Under the pieces are notes generated by a model, which worked only from the letters and a program-made list of their open reading frames with translations, was not told where the DNA came from and made no database searches. Below are positions 11,401 to 22,520 of a stretch of 64,000 bases of DNA, piece by piece. Numbering within the stretch: position 1 is the stretch's first letter; each line of letters opens with the position of its first letter. Position numbers and translations under genes: made by a program. Source of the DNA: Anthoceros angustus (lineage: Eukaryota > Plantae > Anthocerotophyta); NCBI GenBank assembly GCA_010909165.1, contig MU008169.1, positions 186,001-250,000 on the forward strand. The letters run 5' to 3'.

Positions 11401-14400
11401 TGCTATTGCAGAAAATGCGTGCGAATTTGAACATCGGGATCTCCATTGGTAATCCATCTTATCCCTCAGTTATGATCTCCTTAAGCTTGCTGGTATCGTG
11501 GGAGTGGCAGTTCCAGGGCTGTCAGTACTTCGATGAGGTGCAACTTCACTGTTATGCAGGGGGAACCTTGTGCTAGCTAGAACTGAGGACTACGCAAAGG
11601 CTTATTGCTTGGATGGAAATGCGCTACGGACTAGGACGTGTGGGTTGTCGTTGTCAATAATTGACTTCACCCTTTCACGAGTGAATACAGGTGCCGGCAT
11701 TTCTTGAGTCACCAGCCACCCGAAAAGAATCTCCCTTTCTGACCACGACTACAACGTCACGTTTATGTTCCTCGCAGGAAGGCAAGTTCTGTTTTGCAAT
11801 CTGGGAGCCGATCCTGCAATTTTCGATGGACCACCGAGAGATATTCAGGTACCCAGCTTTCTCAAAGGAGCGTACGGAGTTGCGGGCAGTTGATTTAATT
11901 AGAGTGCCTTAATTGCAGGCAGACACGTACCGAGGGATGTTGAAGATAACACAAGGACATTGGGAGGGAAGGTTGGCCTTGGACACAGCAACACCCTTCT
12001 TCTTATCGCCTCGACCCCTGTGTACCACTATGCGGTTCTCAGTAACATGTAATGATCTAACAGGTTTCCCAAGACAAACGTTCTGTGGATCCACTACCTT
12101 GCCAGCATTGTCCTCAACAAGAAATCTTTTGTAAGTTATCTTCCGCGGTCGTCCAGTGCATGACAGAAAAATGTTTGAGCACTTCGTTTTGGTTTGTGGT
12201 CCTTGTGAATCGTTTCCCAGATCTTGTCCTTAAGTTGTGTTTCTTTAGTACCTACCAGCTCCCAAAAGCTACTAACGGTTTAAATACTGAAATACCAATG
12301 ACATTAATTTATACTTGATCCTACATATGACCCTGAGGGCGCTGCTGAGGCTGCTGGGTTGATAACTTCTGACTGCTGAGGATTTGCATTGTTTGGCTTG
12401 AAGACAACCATGTCGCCTGGAAATAACATACCGATCATTCTTTTTTCCATAGAGGTGCTTGCCAGCAGTAATGTCTGGCTTGGCAGTTGAATCACAGCAC
12501 ACAATTTCTTTTCTGCCAGCTGGCCGAGGAACAAATGTTGACCCAGCGGCCTGAAAGCCAAAACCTCTGCTTTTCCCTGAAACTCTTTGCTGTTCATGAG
12601 TTCCTGTTCAATGAGCCTCATTATCTGAATTGTAGAAGGCCAGTCTGCGGCAAGTGTTTCTGGTGACGTACTCGGTCTATAACACTCTAAGTTGCAAATA
12701 CGCACAGGTTTTCCTTGACGGAGACCTGCTAATACGCCGTCCCACAACTTTGCATACTTTACTCCAGTTGCCTGAGTAGACTGTGGAGCCTGTTGCTGTG
12801 GATTCGCCGGGGGCTGGCCGAGTGTATGCTGAGGTTGGAATGGCTGTTGAAGAGTCTGCTGTGAAGTTTGTGTGATCGAAGATGGTTGCAAGCTTTGAGT
12901 AGGCTGTGCCATGTTAGAGAGAGGACCAGTAACTCCTGGTAATCTGTTTGCACCAACTCCTCCAACTTGAGTTGCTGCTCTGTTCGGAAGATTACTTCCT
13001 GATGTCAAACCCCCTGCGCTCCGTGAATTAGGTTGGCCAATAGCTGCAGTACCTAGACCCCTTACCTGGCCAAGTCCTCCAGCCAGCTGACCATTCGGAA
13101 TGCTGACAGCAGTAACCTCAGCCCTGCTCATCATCAAGTTTGCTGGCTGCATTCCAAAGGGACGTAACCCATTTGCAACATTTCCCTGTCCTGCAATGTC
13201 TACCTGCAGACTACTGACACCCACTTGACCTCCAAGTGTATTAGGTCCAATTCCCATGGACGCCTGGCCCATAGTAACTCCAGGGAAGGAGTTTACCCCA
13301 GTTCCCTGAGACGATAGGATATTTGCAACTCCCTGGAAGCTTCCATCCGCACCCTGCAAAGCACCATTGTTGGCCCCTCGCGATAGCTGTGTGACTGCAT
13401 GATAACCGGTTGACAGCACGTTTGCGTTGGAGACGAGAGAGGTACTTGTCACATCCTCCTGCTTGACCACAACATTTGAGACAGAGTTCAAGGTATCCTG
13501 TACTGCATTGGTGGACGGGGCCATACCAGTGCTGATCACAGGTACACCTGTTCCAGTCGCCACCTTAGTATTAGTAACCAAGACAGGTGGCAATCCTGAA
13601 GAAATCTCCATCTTAGCTTTGCCTGTAGGAACACTGACTGAATGTCCTGCAATTACACTTGCCGTTTGCCCTGACGTGAGCGGGATGTCATGAAGTTCAG
13701 CTTTCGAGACTGGAGGCAGAGAGGAGTTGTTCCCATTGATGCCCAAAACAGCACGGGCCTCCCAGAAACCATCAGAAAGAAGAACTGTATGGTAGGGATA
13801 CTGCTTGGGATAATGACTTCTTGGGTCAGTTGACCTTGAGTTCGCTTGGCCAAGTTGTAAACCGCGCGCAGCTGAGAGTCTTCTTGGGCAAATCACTGAC
13901 AAGGAGACATAGCATTGAGGGAACCACTTGGCCACATCCTCTGAATCAGCAAGGCGCCACTGTCGTGTCTCTGACTCTGAGGTGTTAGAGTCGCCATTAA
14001 AACTAATAGGTGGGGTGACGACAGGCTTTGGTATGCTGCAGGAGCAGATGTAGCTATCAGGAGGACGTGCTTGCCAGCAGTAATGTCTGGCTTGGCAGTT
14101 GAATCACAGCACACAATTTTCTTTTCTGCCAGCTGAACGAGGAATCCATGTTGACCCAGGCGTCCTAAAGCCAAAACCTCTGCTTTTCCCTGAAACTCTT
14201 TGCTGTTCATGAGTTCCTGTTCAATGAGCCTCATTATCTGAATTGTAGAAGGCCAGTCTGCAAGTGTTTCTGGTGACGTACTCGGTCTGTAACACTCTAA
14301 GTTGCAAATACGCACAGGTTTTCCTTGACGGAGACCTGCTAATACGCCGTCCCACAGCTTTGCATACTTTACTCCAGTTGCCTGAGTAGACTGTGGAGCC

Positions 14401-17328
14401 AGTTGCTGTGGATTCGCTGGCCGAGTGTATGCTGAGGTTGGAATGGCTGTTGAAGAGTCTGCTGTGAAGTTTGTGTGATCGAAGATGGTTGCAAGCTTTG
14501 AGTAGGCTGTGCCATGTTAGAGAGAGTACCAGTAACTCCTGGTAATCTGTTTGCACCAACTCCTCCAACTTGAGTTGCTGCTCTGTTCGGAAGATTACTT
14601 CCTGATGTCAAACCCCCTGCGCTCCGTGAATTAGGTTGGCCAATAGCTGCAGTACCTAGACCCCTTACCTGGCCAAGTCCTCCAGCCAGCTGACCATTCG
14701 GAACACTGACAGCAGTAACCTCAGCCCTGCTCATCATCAAGTTTGCTGGCTGCATTCCAAAGGGACGTAACCCATTTGCAACATTTCCCTGTCCTGCAAT
14801 GTCTACCTGCAGACTACTGACACCCACTTGACCTCCAAGTGTATTAGGTCCAATTCCCATAGACGCCTGGCCCATAGTAACTCCGGGGAAGGAGTTTACC
14901 CCAGTTCCCTGAGACGATAGGATATTTGCAACTCCCTGGAAGCTTCCATCCGCACCCTGCAAAGCACCATTGTTGGCCCCTCGCGATACTTGTGTGACTG
15001 CATGGTAACCGGTTGACAGCACGTTTGCGTTGGAGACGAGAGAGGTGCTTGTCACATCCTCCTGCTTGACCACAACATTTGAGACAGAGTTCAAGGTATC
15101 CTGTACTGCATTGGTGGACGGGGCCATACCAGTGCTGATCACAGGTACACCTGTTCCAGTCGTCATCTTAGTATTAGTAACCAAGACAGGTGGCAATCCT
15201 GAAGAAATCTCCATCTTAGCTTTTCCCGTAGGAACGCTGACTGAATGTCCTGCAATTACACTTGCCGTTTGCCCTGACGTGAGCGGGATGTCATGAAGTT
15301 CAGCTTTCGAGACTGGAGGCAGAGAGGAGTTGTTCCATTGATGCCCAAAACAGCACGGGCCTCCCAGAAACCATCAGAAAGAAGAACTGTATGGTAGGGA
15401 TACTGCTTGGGATAATGACTTCTGGGTTGACCTTGAGTTCCGCTTGGCCAAGTTGTAAACCGCGCGCAGCTGAGGAAGTCTTCTTGGGCAAATCACTGAC
15501 AAGGAGACATAGCATTGAGGGAACCACTTGGCCACATCCTCTGAATCGGGCGCCACTGTCGTGTCTCTGACTCTGAGGTGTTAGAGTCGCCATTAAAACT
15601 AATAGGTGGGGTGACGACAGGCTTTGGTATGCTGCAGGAGCAGATGTAGCTATCAGAGGACGTGCTTCTGCCTGTCGGATCCAGTTACGTTTGCCACACT
15701 TTGCCCTGGAATACACATGAGAAGAGCCTCTGCCAGCCCCTCAGCCATACCCACTTCCCCAAACCCTCCCCACTGAACTGAATGTTACAGAGCCATTGAA
15801 GGAAGATATCCATATTGCTGGTCCAGCCCACCTGCTGTACCAACCCTGCATGATTAGCATGATGGCTGTTGAACAAAACCAAACCAGTTTCTCCTGGGGT
15901 AACTGACAATTTCTGCCCATTAACATCCTGACCATAGAAAGCTCGGACAATTTTCTCAACATACTCCCTGTGTATGAGGCCATTGATATCCCAAAGCAGC
16001 TGTACTTTCAACCACCACTACCAGCTGACGAAGTTGAGATGCCATCTTGTGTAACATCGCACAGGCTGCATGACAGACCCTGCTCAACCTACATTGCCAT
16101 GACGAGGACTCAGATCATTCAGTTAGACAACTCTGATCCCATGGTGTTGCTCATGCAGAACTGTTCCACGAAGCAGAAACGAGACCTGTTCCAGTCGTCA
16201 TCTTAGTATTAGTAACCAAGACAGGTGGCAATCCTGAAGAAATCTCCATCTTAGCTTTGCCTGTAGGAACACTGACTGAATGTCCTGCAATTACACTTGC
16301 CGTTTGCCCTGACGTGAGCGGGATGTCATGAAGTTCAGCTTTCGAGACTGGAGGCAGAGAGGAGTTGTTCCCATTGATGCCCAAAACAGCACGGGCCTCC
16401 CAGAAACCATCAGAAAGAAGAACTGTATGGTAGGGATACTGCTTTGGGATAATGACTTCTGGGTCAGCTGACCTTGAGTTCCGCTTGGCCAAGTTGTAAA
16501 CCGCGCGCAGCTGGGGAAGTCTTCTTGGGCAAATTACTGACAAGGAGACGTAGCATTGAGGGAACCACTTGGCCACATCCTCGGAATCGGCAAGGCGCCA
16601 CTGTCGTGTCTCTGACTCTGAGGTATTAGAGTCGCCATTAAAACTAATAGGTGGGGTGACGACAGGCTTTGGTATGCTGCAGGGAGCAGATGTAGCTATC
16701 AAGAGGACGTGCTTCTGCCTGTCGGATCCAGTTACGTTTGCCACACTTTGCCCTGGAATACACATGAGAAGAGCCTCTGCCAGCCCCTCAGCCATACCCA
16801 CTTCCCCAAACCCTCCCCCACTGAACTGAATGTTACAGAGCCATTGAAGGAAGATATCCATATTGCTGGTCCAGCCCACCTGCTGTACCAACCCTGCATG
16901 ATTAGCATGATGGCTGTTGAACAAAACCAAACCAGTTTCTCCTGGGGTAACTGACAATTTCTGCCCATTAACATCCTGACCATAGAAAGCTCGGACAATT
17001 TTCTCAACATACTCCCTGTGTATATGAGGCCATTGATATCCTAAAGCAGCTGTACTTTCAACCACCACAACCAGCTGACGAAGTTGAGATGTCATCTTGT
17101 GTAACATCGCACAAGCTGCATGACAGACCCTGCTCAACCTACATTGCCATGACGAGGACTCAGACCATTCAGTTAGACAACTCTGATCCCATGGTGTTGC
17201 TCATGCAGAACTGTTCCACGAAGCAGAAACGAGACCTGCGTTCCTTCCGCAAGCGAGTCCTGCTCTATGATTCCGCCAAAGCGGTAGTGTCGGATGACTT
17301 CTTCCACGATATATGGGTTCAGTCATAG
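8455..17328 (+). CDS. HASPIN: Haspin (histone H3T3) Ser/Thr kinase, 15 exons, 839 aa
   Basis: Phase-consistent exons: 8455-8494, 8598-8745, 8856-8924, 9029-9101, 9216-10468, 10571-10694, 10780-10883, 10988-11099, 11210-11302, 11387-11448, 11560-11690, 11778-11848, 11919-11971, 12064-12130, 17209-17328 (sum 2520 nt). Motifs: FAEIDAF, KIGEGTYGEAF, KIVPVDG, WEEWD..SENDHP, GGKDLESF, EFEHRDLHWGN, IIDFTLSR, FPKTNVLWIHYL, and C-terminal KRDLRSFRKRVLLYDSAKAVVSDDFF. All match plant haspins. The four short 5' exons are less certain than the kinase exons. Confidence 0.93.
12304..14072 (-). CDS. MED25: MED25/PFT1 module 4: late vWA domain, low-complexity middle, ACID domain and stop; intronless
   Basis: The 543-aa ORF ends KYAKLWDGVLAGLRQGKPVRICNLECYR...WPSTIQIMRLI...LCAVIQLPSQTLLL...MIGMLFPGDMVVFKP, which is the plant MED25 ACID domain. 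Short compensating frameshifts occur near 13830-13870 and ~14042. Confidence 0.92.
14073..16045 (-). pseudogene. MED25: MED25 module 3: start codon through most of the ACID domain, frameshifted, fused to module 4
   Basis: ATG at 16045 (ATGGCATCTCAACTT). Near-identical to modules 2 and 4 but with many 1-bp indels. It breaks after VIQLPSQTLLLA and jumps to KHVLLIAT at a GTGCTT microhomology (14067-14072). Confidence 0.85.
16159..16206 (+). pseudogene. Truncated copy of haspin terminal exon
   Basis: Same acceptor context (GTTGCTCATGCAG|AACTGTTCC) as 17209. It reads NCSTKQKRDL and then switches into antisense MED25 sequence at ACCTG (16184-16188), giving FQSSS*. Confidence 0.8.
16189..17095 (-). 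CDS. MED25: MED25 module 2: clean N-terminal vWA domain, 3'-truncated
   Basis: MTSQLRQLVVVVESTAALGYQWPHIHREYVEKIVRAF...LVQQVGWTSNMDIFLQWLCNIQFSGGGFGEVGMAEGLAEAL...SLSVICPRRLPQLRAVYN matches the PFT1 vWA domain. It is open for ~300 codons without introns. Confidence 0.9.
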
Positions 17329-17599
17329 GGCTACGACGCAGTGTGTAAGGACTTTGACGCTGGAAAGAGCAGCATGTGTGGAGGATTTTACTGCTCATCG
17401 TAGCAATTTATACGAACAATGCTGTCTTAGGGTTTCGTCGTTTGGCGAGTCTAACCTCAGTTACTTTCGCCGAGTTAATGCTGTGGGGGTCTGGGTTAAC
17501 TTCTGCAGTCTAATGCCCGGCCGCTCCAGATAGCGATCGTGGCAGAAGCGGTCATGCATTTTACCCTCAGAAGTTTGCACTGACGTAATCGGAAGCTCG

Positions 17600-18307
17600 G
17601 GAAGTTCAACTTTCGACGGGCCTCCCAGAAACCATCAGAAAGGACTGTATGGTAGGGGTACTGCTTGGAAGTCAGTTGACCTTGAGTTCCGCTTGGCCAG
17701 GATGTAAACCGAGCGCAGCTGGGGGAGAGTCTTCTTGGGCGTATCACTGACAAGGAGACGTAGCAGTGAGGGAACCACTTGGCCACATCCTCTGAATCTG
17801 CAAGGAGCCATGGCCGTGTCTCTGACTCCGAGGTATTAAAGTCGCCATTGAGACTACCTAATGGGTGGGGTGACAACGGGCTTTGGTATGCTGCAGGGAG
17901 CAGATGTAGCGATCAGTAGGACGTGCTTCTACCTGTCCGATCTAGTTACGTTTGCCACACTTTGCCCTGGAATACACATGAGAAGAGCCTCTGCCAGCCC
18001 CTCGGCCATACCCACTTCCCCAAACCCTCCCCCACTGAACTGAATGTTACAGAGCCATTGAAGGAAGACATCCATATTGCTGGTCCAGCCCACCTGCTGT
18101 ACCAACCCTGCATGATTAGCATGATGGCTGCACAAAACCAAACCAGTTTCTCCTGGGGTAACTGACAATTTTCTGCCCATTAACATCCTGACCATAGAAA
18201 GCTCGGACAATTTTCTCAACATACTCCCTGTGTATATGAGGCCATTGATATCCCAAAGCAGCTGTACTTTCAACCACCACAACCAGCTGACGAAGTTGAG
18301 ATGTCAT
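17600..18307 (-). pseudogene. MED25: MED25 module 1: diverged, internally deleted vWA copy
   Basis: ATG at 18307. It carries substitutions as well as indels relative to module 2, has an internal deletion near 17615, and similarity stops at ~17600. Confidence 0.85.
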
Positions 18308-18420
18308 CTTGTTTAACATCGCACAAGCTGCATGACAGACCCTGCTCAACCTACATTGCCATGACGAGGACTCAGACCATTCAGTTCGACAACTCTGATC
18401 CCATGGTGTTGCTCATGCAG

Positions 18421-18510
18421 AACTGTTCTGCGAAGCTGAAGCGAGACCTCGTTCCTTCCGCAAACGAGTCCTGCTCTACAATTACGCCAGAGCGGCAGTG
18501 TCGGATGAAC
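18421..18510 (+). pseudogene. Diverged, frameshifted third copy of haspin terminal exon
   Basis: CTCATGCAG|AACTGTTCTGCGAAGCTGAAGCGAGACCTCGTTCCTTCCGCAAACGAGTCCTGCTCTAC aligns to 17209 onward with substitutions and a 1-bp deletion. Confidence 0.8.
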
Positions 18511-18655
18511 TGCCACTTCCACACACCCTCCCACGTTGAACTGAATATAAGAGCCAATGGACACACACATCCTTATTCCGTGTTCAGCCCACCTGCTGTG
18601 TCAAGTGTTCCTCCGCATTGTGGTCCACCCCACCCGCTGGACCAAACGTGCATGA
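18505..18655 (-). pseudogene. Old, highly diverged MED25 vWA relics (two fragments)
   Basis: The minus strand reads SHARLVQRVGWTT and TQQVG*TRNKDVCVHWL..IQFNVGGCVEVAV. Both align to NHAGLVQQVGWTSNMDIFLQWLCNIQFSGGGFGEVGM. Confidence 0.7.
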
Positions 18656-18871
18656 GAAACAGAATGACTTGCTGGACAAAATCACAGCAGTGTCCCTTGA
18701 GATAGCAGACAATTGCCGTTAGAGGCAGGCGACTTCGTGTGCGAAAGCTGGATTCGGAGACAAATGAGGGGAGAAGCTGCGCAGGTCAGGACGCCAAAGG
18801 GCTAAATTACCATTCTAGTGGTCCCTTTGCGATTTAGGGTTTGTTCGCTTAGTGACTTGCCGTCCTCGGGA

Positions 18872-20136
18872 ATGTGCAGCAGGTCGCTATCCTGCGGGTC
18901 TGGTTCAATTGCTGGCTGGAAAATATGCTCAGCCGAGGTCAAGCTGTATTTCTCCTGGCAGTGGCAGATCCGGAATATGGTTGTGGCCTCAACCAACGGT
19001 TGTGGCACTAGCTTGGCAGCCCTCGTTGTTCCTCGAAGCAATGCTCAACAGTGCTCATCAGATGCGTGCCTTGATGGATCTCCCTTGCTTCAGCAGGGTT
19101 CTGTCGAAGTTCTGGACCTTCCGGTTCCCCTTACTCCATTCAGCTCCGAATATGCCAGATCGGTAGAGCTGGAGCGGGCGATGGTGGCAGAAGCGGCCAT
19201 GCAGTCTAGTGAGGGAGTCAGCAAGCAGCACATTGTTTATGAGGATGAGTGGTTTACAGTGTTCAACAAGCCTTCGGGGATCTACTCCGAGCATGTGCTT
19301 GCCACTGTCAAGTCCATGCTACGGGACGGGGACTTGGAAACTCGTGAACAAGGTGCAGGGTGTTCGTTTTGCTTTTTTGTATGTTGCTGGCACGCGCTCA
19401 TTCCCTTGCTGCTTTCTGTGCAGCTGAGGATTTTCAACCTTTCGCCCACATGGTGAACCGTCTAGATCGTGACACCAGTGGAGTGCTGGTGGTGGCAAAG
19501 TGCAAGGATGCTTGCGGGAAGCTGGCCAATATGTTCACAAAAAGGCAGGTGGAGAAGGCGTACGTGGCTCGGTGTGCTGGAAGACTTCCAGAGTGGACGG
19601 GCATGCAGATTGAGTCCGGGCACGGAAGGTCCAGGTTCGGTGCGTGGCGGGTCTACTCGGTCCACGACATTGGAAGAAAGCTTCCAGGCAAAGGAGGGTC
19701 TTCTATAAAGGACATGAAGACAATCTTTCAGGTGATTGGGCCCAGGGCTCCTGCACTTGTTGCTTCTTTTGAGGCTCTCAAGTTGAAATCATGCATTGAG
19801 GATGGCAGTGTCCCAGCAAGGAAAGTGCTGGTCGTTGGAAATGACATGACAGAGGATGCAACCAAGAACGACTACAAGCCTGCAGAAGATGTTGAGATCA
19901 TCCTTCGTGCAAGCCCTTTAACCGGTAGAACACATCAAATAAGGCTGCACTGCTGCTACTTGGGAATGCCCTTGATAGGCGATGTGAAATACGGTGGACC
20001 TCATGAGTGGGATGGCACTAAGTATGATGCCCATTGCCTGCACGCGGAACGCTTGTCCTTCAAGCATCCCATCACTAAACAACCTGTGCTAATTGTTGCT
20101 CCCCATCCTAACTGGGCACCTAAGGAAATGTTTTGA
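18872..20136 (+). CDS. RluA-family RNA pseudouridine synthase (plant At1g56345-like), 2 exons
   Basis: Exon 1 runs to 19353, GT-AG intron 19354-19423, exon 2 is 19424-20136. Motifs: IVYEDEWFTVFNKPSG, catalytic NRLDRDTSG, SGHGRSRFGAWRVY, TGRTHQIRLHC, GDVKYGG, LHAERLSFKHP. The start could be ATG 18872 or 18977. Confidence 0.93.
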
Positions 20137-20401
20137 ACTTCTCATCAATTCTCGATGCCATTCCTGCACGAACACTGAAAGAACGTATAAATCCGCAGAA
20201 AGGACTGTTAGGGAAAGGTATGAAAGCGGTTTAGGGAAACCAGCATTGAGATGTGTGCTACCAGAAAGCTGGTTTGTAGTACAAGCTCTTGTTACTATTT
20301 ATCGGTGTTTTAACTTTTGGAAATGTTCGGCTGTTGCTTTTGCTCATCAACTAAGTTTGTACGGCTGTTTGCTGACTAGTAGTAATCCAGTAACGATATT
20401 G

Positions 20402-20590
20402 TTTCATTCACTTGTCATGTAGCAATCGTTGCCATACTGTTTCATTCACTTGTTATGCAGCAATCGTCGCCATAATGTCATAATAGGAAGCATCGAGCAC
20501 TCAGCTGCAACTCATTCACTCACTTGTTATGCAGAAATCGTGGCCACAATGTCATAATAGGAAGCATCGAGCACCCAGCTGCAACTCAGT
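20402..20590. repeat. Imperfect tandem repeats (~75-bp unit plus partial units)
   Basis: TTCATTCACTTGT(C/T)ATG.AGCAATCGT recurs three to four times; AATGTCATAATAGGAAGCATCGAGCAC.CAGCTGCAACTCA occurs twice. Confidence 0.8.
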
Positions 20591-20779
20591 TGATGCATAC
20601 TAACTTGGCTGGAGTGCACACGCAAATCCCAAATTCTCATAATTCCAACCCCCGTGTTTATGGAATACCGATCTCGTCACTAAGCCGGGTGTGTGTCAAG
20701 TTTTTCTCTTCCGGTATTCTACATGAAGATGCTACGCATCTTCAAGATTCCTTCATCACATACGCGCCACATCAACGCA

Positions 20780-22520
20780 TGACGGGCCGTACGCACCACA
20801 AAGTTTTTTTGTCTCGCAACTTGCCCCTGATATTATTTAATCTCGTCATCTACTTTTCTTCTCGCCATTTAGGGTTTTGTCAAACACACATACTCATGTT
20901 TAGGGTTTTCCGCACCACATGGACATATATATCGGATCGGACATGTCTCGCCACAGGAAGCCCCGACTATGGGCATGTTAATGCTCAAGACCGCATTTTC
21001 ACCGCCGCGGCCTGGATGTTAGCATGGAACATGTGCGTTGAACTGTTTTCCCCATCGTGCATCTGGTATGCGTGCCAAACAAGGTGGCCAACCAAGGTGA
21101 TGTCTACGGATGCTAATCGTGCAAAGCTTCCTCCCTCTCGCCACTTCTCGTATGAAACCGAACACGACTGCATGCAAAGCTGGCATTACAGATCTGAAGA
21201 TGCTTCACAGTCTCCCCCTTATCAACCTCATCAAACAGGGCAATGTCACAACATCCTACAAATCCACTTCCAGTCCTACCAGACAGCAGCAAGAATTGCT
21301 GCATGCTGCCATTGAAAAAAAAAGAGTCGAACATAGTCTACGCTCACACCTCATGGTGGGAGGGCTCACAAACAAAAAAACACATCTCGCTACGCCCCGA
21401 TCAGTCCCGGAAGAGCCTTAGAGCAGGCCCGCCATCCTCTGTGCCCGGTTCCTCACTGGCAATATGCTCAAATGTACGGAGATGCCACCACCGGGCATTG
21501 AATTGTCGACCGGGTGAGAAACCCAAGTCGCATGTCCATTTTGTCGCAGTGGCGCATTGTTGAGGGCAAGGTTGCATCACCGCCATATATGCCATGGGGA
21601 ATCGAATCGTGGGGCATTGCGGATGGCGGGGACAATGCATATGCAAAGGGCTTGGAGGACATGGACTTCTCTCGACATGTATCGCCGCACATGGCAATCA
21701 CAACACTGCTGTGAGTGCAGGAGTACACGGACGATTGTCGAATACCTCCACCGGTGGATGTAGGCTGAAGCCACCCCATGGGCGTGGACGGCGATCACCC
21801 TGCTGCGGGCTGTGGTGCACCAGGCGTGAGGGGCTTGCGGCCCAGATTTGAGGCCCTTCCAGAAGTGAGCGGGGTGTAGGTTGTAGAAAAGTGTTTTGTG
21901 CGCTCCCACATGACATGGGAGCGTTGACAATGTGGATTTCTCTCTTCTGTCCTTTTGAGACATGAGCCCAGGTGGCTTTCTTCTAGTCGAATGTAAAGTC
22001 CATCAGACTGGAAGATATTGTGGGCAATCGCATGAGGCTCTATTTCGCAAATGCACCGCGTAAGGCCCGATGGTCGAAAAAGCCGCGCTGGCGAGGTAGA
22101 TGGCGCCCAGCACGCAAAGGCCTGATGGCTCGAGAAAGGCCGGGCGCCGCGTGGATGGCTCTCGCTATCTCGCCAAAAGGCTCGGTGACGGTTTCTTTAC
22201 CAAGAACCGACGCGATGGGGTCATGCTAATGAGGCCAGTGCTAAGGCCCATGTTGACCGATGTTTAAAAGAAAACCTTGTGTGTCACAACCTAAAAGAAT
22301 CTTCACACACACCACTTGACGCAGATCGGACACGAGGCGTGCACCACGGCCGATGTCATCAAGTGTGTGAACATCGAAAGTTTTCAGCTTACCATGGGTT
22401 AGAAAAACTTTTGTCACCATCGAAAAAACCCTAAAGTGGCTGTGTGACATCAGAAGTTTTCCCGCCGTATGCAATAGAAAAACTTCTTTTGTCACCATCG
22501 AAAAAAACCCTAAAGGGCTT
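20780..22520. mobile_element. Possible non-autonomous DNA transposon remnant
   Basis: Left-side TTTAGGGTTTT and CACAAAGTTTTT motifs (20790-20910) are inverted relative to right-side AAAACCCTAAA and AGAAAAACTTTT motifs (22400-22515). No ORF; true termini not found. Confidence 0.3.

Noticed and set aside
12131-12303. Poly(A) tail or TSD of the proposed MED25 retrocopy
   Set aside because: None is visible downstream of the stop codon, so retroposition rests only on lack of introns and location.
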